64,000 bases of DNA from Podarcis filfolensis (Eukaryota): the NCBI GenBank assembly GCA_964270895.1, contig OZ185435.1; one strand, 5' to 3'. Each line of letters opens with the position of its first letter. Positions within the stretch are counted from its first letter, which is position 1. Below are positions 1-11,400 of this stretch, in pieces. The position numbers were made by a program, and so were the translations under genes. Below the pieces are notes generated by a model that saw nothing but the letters and a program-made list of their open reading frames with translations, did no database searches and was not told the DNA's origin.

Positions 1-2019
1 ATTATTCTTGTACCAATATGTGGATTTAGGGAATAAGGCTGTTATGTACAGAACCAGTTGCAGTTATCTGCCTGCCTATTTAATTTTTTTAGCCTGCTAT
101 ACATACTTCTCTCATCCAGGCCCTAATCTAAGCCTTATCAGTTTTATGGTGTTTATTGCAAACCACTTCAAAAACCTTGTTGCCCAAAGCAGTATAAATA
201 ATGTTTGTTTGGGGGGTTTTAAGTTGAAAGCTTTAAAAGTTTCAGAGCTTATTTTGACATCAAATTTACAAAACCACATCCTTTTCTTTCACTGGCAGCA
301 CCTATCTCCAGGCTCTTGATTTGCATTTACTAACATAGATTAGAATCCTAATTCGTTCATAACCATGTGTTTAAAAGGATGAAAAAGTGCAGTCTTTCAC
401 AAATGTGTAAATGAAAATAATATGTTATGGGGCAACTGATCTGAAATGAATTGACTCATTTGTCTTAAGATACAAATGGAGGTGTAATTCCTTTCCCTAT
501 TGGGCTGGGAACATTATTGGGTGGTATCCAGTGTTTGCCAAGTAAACCCACTGAAATCAGTAGGCCAAAGCAATTTAAGTTCATTGATCTCAATCCATCT
601 ACTTTTGATCATCCTTGATCAAACTTTATAGTTTAGTTACATTTACATTCAGATAACTTAAGGCTACTCCTAGCTTTTTTGTCTACCTAATTAAAAATAA
701 ATATGAGCTTGTTCTGATACTCTTCTGGCTGTGCTCCATTAAAGTTTTGAATCTAGTGGGCAAATATTTTAGGTTTATCTAACTTAGTTCTAAGCAGACT
801 TTTGTTGCATCTTCCCTCCTTTACCTGTAGCCTTACTGTAGGCTTTATGTGGGATGTTCTTCTGCATATGGATCTTCTAGTCAAACAAGTTAAACTTGTT
901 TTTCTTTCTTGCTGTGTTCTGTTCGTTGACAAATTTGGTTACAGCTGATTATGGTGTGTCCAAAATGCCAAACCTCATAGAGCTCATACGCATACTCAAG
1001 TAGTGTCTGGGAAAGCAAATGTTACTAATGGTACTTTCTTATTTATATAAACATTTTCAGCAGTATTAACTTACACGATCCATGCTGTGTGCATTGAATA
1101 GAGAGCAATAACCATTTAAAACTGGTAACTGCTATATATATGAACCAATGATGAAAGTTGCTATTTCACAAAAATGTGTTTTATTGTACTTTTCCTAAGT
1201 GTTTAAAGTACTTTATGCACATTATCTCCATAATCCTTGCATTAGCTCTGCAAGGTGGGTAATAATGGTATCATATTGCATACTGGTAAATGAAGCTCAG
1301 AATATTGACTTGCTTTAAAACCATCTAATGAATTCATAGCTGAGGTAAAATTGGAACCTGGGCCATTCCAACTTGCACTTTACTATACTAACTGCTTGCT
1401 TAAACTTCCCAGCACTTCGAGTGCACAAATTGAGCTCACATAAATGTGAGAGGTACACATTGGCATCTATAGAAACACTGGTAGCATTATATCATTAAGG
1501 ATTTCAGCTATGTATGTTAATGGGTTCTTCATCTCTGGAGTGAGTAAAAACTAAAAATATTTACAGTACTTGGGCCTCAGCAGAGCTGACATTTGCTATA
1601 AACGGGAAAATGCTACTTAAACACAACTATTAAAAGCACAGAAGACCAGTACTACACAGAGTTGGGTGATCTCAATGCTACACGATCATGATGGCAGTGG
1701 TTCACCTTGAAGAACTTTACACATTTTGGAGTTATCCAAATATTACAGCTAATTAGGTTTGTGCTGGAAAATGTTGTTCAGTGAATAATTTTGAAGAACT
1801 TTATCCACATCTTTGGGAACCAAAGTGGGTGTTGTGGGCCATGTGTTGAAATGCATATTTATATTGTTTTGTTAATTCTTAAGTGATTTGACAGAGTGAT
1901 GCTTCCACACTGCTAATGGGTTCCTGTGCATATTTGGGTTAACGCTGGCCATTTGCTATGAAGTGAGCAGAGTATAGGCTTTGTAGGATCCCAAACTACC
2001 TACATACTCCTTTAGAGGG

Positions 2020-2235
2020 GGTGTGATCCTATCCAGAACAGGCAACTGTTCTGTCTTTGGGGCATGGGACCTCCATCTTCCAAGAATTCAAACTCAACCC
2101 TCATCCAGTCCATCACCACATTCAGGTACTGGTCCAGGGCTTGCACAACTACTCCTGATTCAGATGTTATAGCGAAATGGAACTGTGTGCCCTCAGCTTA
2201 CAGATGACACTTTACTCCAAAACTCCTGATGAGTT
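2020..2235 (-). mobile_element. Ancient L2 LINE reverse-transcriptase fragment
   Basis: Minus strand reads as decayed GVKCHL*AEGTQFHF...VQALDQYLNVVMDWMR, resembling the L2 RT YADD region. Confidence 0.6.
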
Positions 2236-2369
2236 TTCTTTTCCATTTGCTGGTTATCCAGGTTTATTTAGGTGGAATGACCTCAGTGCTTTTACTTAAG
2301 GTTGAATAATTTTATAGTTAATCTTAAAATGTTACTAGATCTGTTTTAACTTACTTTTTCTTTGTGTAG

Positions 2370-2491
2370 GTGCCCAGGGCTTAGCTTGCATATCTCCCCA
2401 ATCATCCCCATTTACAATGCTGTGGTCTTCCTCTTTGTGCTGGCCAACTTTAGTATGGCCACCTTCATGGATCCAGGCATATTTCCTCGAG
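2370..2491 (+). CDS. ZDHHC5: ZDHHC5 exon ([40 protein letters not shown])
   Basis: tgtag| ... |gtgaga, 122 bp. Confidence 0.95.
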
Positions 2492-5400
2492 GTGAGAACT
2501 GAAAATTGCCTGTGAAGCAATTTCCAAGGCACTGATTGATCTGAAAATGTTTTGATTAGGGATGGCTACTTCCACTCTCCAGATCCAGAGCATAAATTAT
2601 TGTAATCTGGATAGGTAGGAATCTTCCAGCTAAACAGTGTTTATAGTGTGAATTATTCTGGATTCATTATTGGAAGCTATTGCTATATTTGGGAGGAGGA
2701 AGGTTCTACAAATTTTGGCTGGTCTTGATAGCTAGCCAAATGTGTTCTTTCCACCAGACCTGGTCTAAGGTGGGGGGGGGGAGAGTATTGATTGTGGTGT
2801 CACACTACAAATTTTTGAAGGCCCTAGCTGTGGGGACAAACCTTGTTCTTCTGCCTAGCATCAAACTGAGTGGGAGTTTATCCCTGTCCTGGGATCACTC
2901 AGAAGACCCAGGCATCTCACTGCTTTCAGAGCTTCTCCATGGCTTATTACAGGACAGCCTAGTATGTAGCAGCTCACTGGTAACCGTAGGTGGCAAGGCT
3001 CATTCCATGCAGGCAGCTGAGTGAGCTAGTAGAGGAGAGATGGATTTTTCCACTGCTGGTCTGTTTTATGTACTAGCTGAGGAGGAAGGGAAGCCAATCC
3101 TTTAGCTCTGCGGAGCCTATGGGAGCATTCTTGACAAAACAGGTTTTTACAAGCCTGCTAGGAAGCTGGTGTCCTGGGTTTCTATAGCAGACACCAATTA
3201 GGGGTCTTCCTCTCCTCCTGTGACCAACATGGAAATGCAGAATACTAGACTCCTAGACTTTTTTTAAAAAACAGCAACCCTGCAAGCTGTTGTGGGCTTA
3301 TTTACAAAATGGATTAAGGGTCAGCATAATCCATCCCCTTTTCTCTAAACTTGTGAGAGGGGATAGGGTGTCCCACCAGAAGCACAAAAACAAAAAGTCA
3401 GTGCCAGGGTGAATGGGTTTGTGAAACTGGGGGCAAGGACATGTTGGACATGCTCTGTACTTCATTGAATTTTATAATTTTTTCTTGCTGCTTCAGCTGA
3501 AGAAGATGAGGACAAGGAGGATGATTTCCGAGCTCCATTATACAAGACTGTGGAGATAAAGGGTATTCAAGTGCGCATGAAATGGTGTGCAACGTGTCGC
3601 TTCTACCGGCCCCCACGCTGCTCTCATTGCAGTGTCTGCGACAACTGTGTGGAGGTGAGAGACTGGGAAGAGAAGGGCTGTGTTGGAGCGACTGGAATTG
3701 CTTGTTGGATTGTTGATAATGAACTTGGGACATTCTGTGATCTTTGAGATCCAGTTCAGGAACTGTTTGGGCTGCAAGATTCGGTTTTGTGTGTTATAGG
3801 TTGGGATAGACACCTCAGACTTGCATGCTTTCCTTTTTTACCAGTGCCCCAGGGTCCACACTCTGGCACTTGATACAAAATGGTGGTTTGAGAGGGAGGG
3901 GGCAGAATCAATTGCATAATTGTGGGTAAGGTGATCCATAGCAAATACATTCATCTAGTATTCATGTTTGTTTATTTTATATTTATTTTTCACCTTCCAT
4001 AATGAAATTCAAGGTGATGTGTGTATAAGTGTTTTCAACACATATTGAAAGGCAAGAGAGGTGATGAGGCACCATTCAACTATAATTCATAATCTGCCAG
4101 TTGACCACAGCCATTCTACTTACCCTTGTTATAGGAGTTGCATCTTCTGTTGTGGAAATGAAAATCTGGGTGGGATTCAGGTTTCCTGGAGTTTCAAGGG
4201 GTTCTACAGGTGTAGTATTGTTTTACAGAGGTGATGTCCTTCTAACTCTGTTCTTTATCCTTTCACTAATAGGAATTTGACCATCACTGTCCCTGGGTAA
4301 ACAACTGTATTGGGCGGCGCAATTATCGCTATTTCTTCCTGTTCCTGCTCTCACTTACAGCACATATCATGGGTGTATTCGGTTTTGGCTTGCTGTTTGT
4401 CCTGTGTCAAGTTGAAGAGCTCTCTGGGATCCGTATGGCCGTCACGTATCCTCTTTTTCTAGAGTGCAAAGAATTCCTTAATTCTGGTGAACAGTTGGGC
4501 TGTTCGCCTGAGATACTGCCAACTGATGGGTGGTGGAAGGGAAAGGAATGGCCCCCAAAAAGTTGTAGACTGGTCCTTCATGAATTGCTTCCTTGACTTT
4601 GTTGACAGTATGGCTGTGATGTGTGTGGCTGGCTTGTTTTTCATACCTGTTGTAGGCCTTACAGGATTCCATGTGGTCTTGGTAGCCAGAGGTCGTACTA
4701 CAAATGAGCAGGTAGATATTTTACAGTTAGTTTTTGACTTCACTACGTGGTATCTCTATTTCCCTGACATCGCTTTTCTCCTTGCAGGTTACAGGCAAAT
4801 TCCGGGGTGGAGTAAACCCATTCACCAATGGCTGTTGTAACAACGTCAGTCGTGTTCTCTGCAGCTCGCCAGCCCCCAGGTAAATTCTGCCTTACCTAAG
4901 AAATTTGTAGAGACCCTATTCTTTCTTGGAGAGAGAAGAGCTAGATTGTCTTGATTGCTAATGGAGAGAAGCAGAGAAGCAGAGGAAGATTCTCTGGGAT
5001 CAGTCATATGAATGGTTCCAACAGTGAGGTGGTGAGATGTGGGAAGTCATTGCTCACAGCCAGATCACACCTTGAAGTACAGTTGTCTAACATAGCAGCT
5101 ATAAGCTTCTTCCTCTTGTAGATTGCAGTAAAGAAAGGGGTTGCTGGCAACTATCTAAAGATGTGGCAGAAAGATTAATTAATTTTTATAGTGGCTGTTT
5201 TTCCTGGGATCTGTATGTCAAGGTGCGTCTGTACCACTGAGTATAATCAGTCTTTGGGAGTGGGTTGTGAGCTTACTTGAACTATCCACAGAACAAAAAT
5301 ATGTGGTATTCCTGCTTGAGGTGATATGCAAGGCTCATTAACAATAGATCATTCTGTTATGTTTCCTTGATACCTCCAATTCCAACAGCTCTAGTGTTCC

Positions 5401-8400
5401 TCACACATATGTATGTAACTTTAGAGAGAACAGAACTCTGTATGACTTTATATCACTACATGTCTGTACTCATGTAAATCATAATCCAGTAACTCTTTGC
5501 TGCGCGTTTATTAGTGTTTCTTGTATAAACTATTTCAGCATGCTCTGTGTTTTGCACTCATCACAGCTGCCTGTAAGTGTGAACAGACTACAGGTGTGAA
5601 GAAGCTGTTTACTTTTATTACATCAATGAATGTAACTTGTGAAGAAGGAATGCATTACTTACTCCATGATTTGACACTTTTTGTAATTATTCATCTGTTT
5701 TGTTCTGGTGACTGTTATCTCTTGGCCTCTAATTTTCTCCAGTTTTCCTAGATATAAGGTATATCTTGTTCCCCGGTGCCTTATATCCCTGAAGGATGGC
5801 TGTGTTCAGTTTTTAATCCTAGGTTCCCATCCAGAGAAACAAAGGGATAAAAAAATGCACCTTGGCTTGTTTCTGTTCTCAACTAGTGAGACCTGTTATA
5901 CATCAGTTTGTTAAGTATTTTGTTAAAAATAATAATTGTTTTGACAGCACACTTACATCAGGGAAATGTACATTCTCTCAGATATTGTCACATCACTGCT
6001 TGACTTTCTTCCTTCACTCTGGCAATATGGCCTGTAATGTAACAGAAACTCAAAGGGTATAAAGACACTACTTCTGTACAGCAGGGAAGTGCATAAGGGA
6101 ATGTACAGTGAAGCCACAGGTGATACGAGGACTCGATTCTAGAGAATGAGTGAAACTGTGACCTGCAGTATTGCCTTTGCAGTTCTTGGATACAAATAAC
6201 TTCATGCCTCCAACATTCCTCGGACTTTCTTGCCAGAGCATGTAAACATCATCATTGGTTCACATGTTTGCAAGAGGCACTGTCTTATCTTTGCTGACTT
6301 CCCATGATTCACTAGGTATCTTGGACGGCCCAAGGCAGAGCAGACTGTTACAGTGAAGCCACCATTCCTGCGACCAGAAATATCAGATGGACAGATTGCT
6401 GTAAAGATAATGGACAATGGTATCCAGGCTGAGCTAAAGAGAACAAAGGTAAGGAGGAGATGAAGGTGCTACCCAGACCTTGATGGTGCCACTGCATTCG
6501 TGAGTAGGAACCAAATGAGCCTCTTGGACATCCTTCCCCCATGTTATCACAACTTGTACTTAGTTTTCCCTGACAAGTGAAGGTGTGTTTTCCTCCCATG
6601 TGACTATTGCTGCATGAGAGTTGTCCCCTTTTATATCCTATATAATTTTTACTTGCCCTTTCCCTTCTCATCCAGCAACTGAGACATGCACAGTCTACAA
6701 CTACACTTGCAGAAATGCTAGATGGCTGCAGGTCCTTCTAATAACACTTTCAACCTTTTAGAGCTGGGGACAATGCTCAGGACTTTGGGTCCTGTCTCAT
6801 TCTTCTGCACTTTGTCTCTGCAGTCCAAAGGAAGCCTTGAGGTGACGGAGAGCCAGTCTGCTGATGCTGAGCCACCGCCACCACCCAAGCCAGACCTCAG
6901 CCGCTACACAGGTCTGAGGACGCATTTAACCCTGGCCACCAATGAGGGTAAGAGGAGCATTCCAGAGAGATAAGGGATCCAATCAGCTGTGCACTTCTAC
7001 AGTGATCTGCCATCAGAGAAGTAGTCTCTGACTGCAGTGCCAAGTAGTGAAGCTGGTCAGTACTGCACTGTTTACAAAAGCCAGTGGCAGCTCTGTGCTG
7101 GTATTCACAGCACTGCTGACCATACAGCCACCTGCTTGCCTCAGTGCTCAGGCAGGTTATTAGAGCAGGTGCTGAGTCGGTAGCTAGGTTATGATCTTTT
7201 AGATGTTACGATCATGTAAATCTCCAGCTTTAGCTCTTGTCCACATGTGAAGGCTTTGGGGATTTATTAATGTTCCTCCCTCTGTTGACTGTTCCACACT
7301 CAGGTGGAAACAGGGGTTACTTGGAAGGACAGGTCTGTGCTTTGTTCTGCTGTCATAGAGCTTATATAGAACAATAACAGAAGGCTAGAGTTATTTCCCA
7401 GTTCGTGTAGTTGTGAAACCACCTGCTTTTGCTGTTGCTGTAGTGTTTCCAGGGTGTAGCACCTTGAAAGAAAATGTGATCATGGAGAAATGCTTGGAGC
7501 TTTCTTTTCTAGTCAGTGCTACTGTTTCCCATCTAGCAGTGCTCAAAATTGAACACCCCAAGGGTCAGGACTAGCAAGGTGTGCATGTACAGATTGGAAG
7601 CTTCTTGTGTGATGTCTTTATTGAGGAAATGTTCCTCTTGCTCCATTTCACCTCCACTCCTGCAATACACCCCTTACCTCCTGACTGATTCCTTGACCTC
7701 CATGGTGTGTCCACCTGCCTGAGGCTCTTAACTGGTTCTCACGGATCAGTCACTTGTGATATGTGGAATTTCTGCAAAAGCATTCAAACCAGGATTGCTG
7801 GGAACTCCCCAGGAAAAGCTGTAAGTAACTATATTATATTGCTTGTAAGTATGTGTGTGATTCCCATTTATCTCCACAGACAGCAGTTTGCTAAGCAAGG
7901 ACAGCCCTCCAACTCCAACAATGTACAAGTACCGACCTGGCTATAGCAGCAGCAGTACTTCAGCTGCACTGCCTCACTCCACCAGCGCCAAGGTAATGAA
8001 GAACTAAGGGGGTTAAACATGAAGAGTGGGGTTTTCAGGAGACCATGCAGGGTGTGGAGTTGAAAAGGGAATTCTCTTTGAGATTGTGCAGTGGTTTAGT
8101 GCCTTAATTTGACAATTTCTCTATAAGAAATTCCTCTAGTGTATTGTACAGCTGCTATTATGCCATAAATGGAGAATTCTAGCATGGTACAATGTTGGGA
8201 ATCGTGGGGCTGAGAGGGGTCTTTCATTGGCCAGAATAACCATTTCACCAATTTCAGTTCTCTGTCTCTTCCCATGAACTCCAGTTCCTATTTCCATTCT
8301 CCTTACTGCTGTCCAAAAGTGTGTGAGTCTCGCTACCATTTTCCTATTTCTTGATTGCACTGTTTTGTGGTCAGACCTTACCTGCCCAAATTGGTGTACA

Positions 8401-11400
8401 TCTAATAAGCAGTTTCCTGAGGAGCAGCTGATTTAGTCTTGTCACAGGAAAAACAACAAAAAGTATTGTGGTAAGGGCTGAGAGTCTTACAGTGCAATAG
8501 TGTGTTTGTTTTTTTCAAAAGCAAGTCCTGTTTGCTAAGTGTGTATATGATTGTAACCTAACTGCAGCATAAGTATTCATGGACTAGAGTTCACTTCATC
8601 AAATATATAAAGCACTGTCTTCAGTTAGCAGACAGAGACAAGTGGTACATACAGCAAAATATTAGTGCCCCCTCCCCCCAGGACTGCCCTTGTTCCGAGT
8701 TCAAATCTCGCTAAAAAAAAAATATGGAGAAGGAAATTTGGTAGCAGTGCATGTGAGGAAGGGTAAGACATTTTCAGCAGATGAAGCCAATCCTGGCTAG
8801 ACTGCACTGAGTCCAATTAATTTCTGGGCCCAATTCAAAATGCTGATTTTGAACTATTAGGCCTTAAATGGTTCAGGACCACAATACCTCAAAGACTGCC
8901 TCTCCCCATATGAACCAATTGGCACCCTGTGCTCATCATCTGAAGCCCTCATTTGTGTGCTATTTGCATGAAGGGTCCAGAGGCGATAGCACGAGAACAG
9001 GCCTTTTCTGCAGTGGCTCCCCATTGTGGAATGCTCTCCCCAGGGAGGCTCGCCTGGCACCTTTGTTACATATCTTTAGGGACCAGTCAGAAGCATTTCT
9101 CCTCTCCCAGGCTTTTGGCCAATTAAACTATGGTCTTTTAAAGTGTGTGTGGTGGGGTTATTGTTGTTATTATCTGTTACTATGTTCGAAAGCATGCCAG
9201 TGCGAGTAAATAAATAGGTACCACTGTGGCGGGAAGGTAAAAGGCATTTCCATGCACTCTGGTTTCCGTCATGGTGTTCCGTTGTGCCAGAAGCGGTTTA
9301 GTCGTGCTGGCCGCATGATCTGGAAAGCTGTCTGTGGACAAACACCAGCTCCCTCGGCCTGAAAGCGAGATGAGTTCCAGACCCCATAGTTGCCTTTGGC
9401 TGGACTTAACCGTCCAGGGGTCCTTTACCTTTTACCTTTACCTTACTATGTTAGGTATTTTTGTGTTTCTGTATTGTAAACTGCCCTGTGGTTCCCCAGA
9501 TGAAGGGCGGCATAGAAATTTAAATAAATACATAAGTTCTCAAGCATAAACTAGTTAGACTCATTATGAGTGCCCAACTTCTGGTTCATTTTAGACCAAG
9601 AGTAGCTAATCTTGTTTGGGCCAAGGGCTGCATTGGCCCATTAGCAACTCTTCGGACCACATTTCAAAGTGAATGTGGCCAATTTGTAAAAGTTGTTGTG
9701 GTGAGAATTGCAGTTCTCGAGACTGCCTTCCAAAAGGATTTCCTGTCAGTTATTGTATGATATTCTAAATCACGGGTGTTAGACTCAAGGCCCGCGGGCC
9801 AAATCCGGCCCGGCAGACCTCCTCATGCGGCCCGCGTAGCCGCTGCCGGCTGCCAGCGCTTTTTTTTTTTTAAGGAGAAAGCTTGTGTGTATTCATTGAG
9901 GGAAAGACCGGGGCGGGGAGGCGGGGTGGCAGCACCGCACATTCAGAGAAAAGGAGGACGGCCCCGGGGGCGGGCAGATGCTTTTACGTGACTGACTGGC
10001 TCGAGGTTGTGCAAACAAGGCTGGGCTTTCCCTCCGCACAAGCAGCAAAGCGGGAAAGGAGGCACGCGCCGTCCCACCTCTTTCTCCCCCCCCCCCAGGA
10101 GAGAAAAATGCCAGACAAGCCAAAGTACGTTCCTAAAGGAGGGCTCTCCCCTCCACGCTGCCCAATAGCAAGCCACGACCATTCCTGCTAGCCAATGGCG
10201 AGGCGACAGAGGACTTTCCCTTTTCGGGCGGTGGAGTTTTGGCGCGCCAGCCGAGCTCGGGGGATCAGAGCGCCGGATTCACGCCTGCTTAGCGGCTCGC
10301 TCTGCAGAGCTTTCTCCGAAAAGCAGTTGTTATCAAGTTATAGGTTCCTCTCTCCGCGCCTCCCCGGTTGGCACCAGCAGCAACCACACGAAAAAGCGTG
10401 CTGGTTTCTAAAGAAGTCTCGTTCCTCCCAAGGCACGTGTTCACTTTTTGCAGAGAGGCAGTTGCAAGGCGAGGAAAGCTCCTGGTAATCATAAAAATCC
10501 CATAAGGATAATTAAATTGGGATGGGGAAACTAGCTGGGAATTGCATTAGGGCCACGATCCGCAAACCGCTTCCTCCGGAGCAAACACTTAAATAAATCC
10601 CAGTGGAACTTTGACCTTGCTTGTCGACATAATAGAGTGGTTACTCCTGTCGCAGGGTCTATTGTTCAAGAAGTGGCAGTTTAAACTATTTGCAGGCTAC
10701 CGAGCCACATCAGCCGCTAACGCAACATAAGGAGTTTGTGGATTGGTCTGAACGTGACCATTTGTGCTCTGCGAGCAACCCCTCGCTGGGGAGAGGCTGT
10801 TTAGCGCGGGAAAGACTCTTGCCTTAACCCTTGCAGAGCCGCTGCTAGTCAGTGCCTGGCAGTGCCGGGCTAGATGGACCAATGGTCCGAATCGAATTGT
10901 TACAATACTGATGAGACAAATACACCAGTCGATGGCAAACCTTTATTCTGAATGCGGTGGTGATTTAGAATCACTACCCTGCTCCAGTTTCACCTTGTCA
11001 GTCACTAATGCAGATTAAAATGCCACCCACACACGCGAAAGCACGTATTGGAAATCAGGCTTTGGTAGTTACAGCACGTTAACCAGTCTTGAGTAAGGTA
11101 CCAGTACTTGTGTTTGCCATATGTGTAATAAACAGTGTTTGGCAATATACAACCGGCCCTTTGAGGGTGACCAAACTGCTGATGCGGCCCCCGATGAATT
11201 TGAGTTTGACACCCCTGTTCTAAATACTTTTTATCATTCCTTTTTTTTTAATGGACAAATCTTTGAACGGGGCTCAAAAACTTTATGGTATCATGGCAGC
11301 ACGGGGGAGGGAACAAGAGTGATCAGTTAAAAAATTTTTTGTCAGGTTTTGAGGGTAGTCTTGAGGGAGCACAAAAGTCCTTTTGTGGGTTAGATATAAG

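Noticed and set aside
8285-8322. Possible cassette or poison exon in a ZDHHC5 intron (ccag| ... |gtgagt)
   Set aside because: 38 nt, pyrimidine-rich, frame-shifting and without homology support; it cannot be distinguished from a pseudo-exon here.
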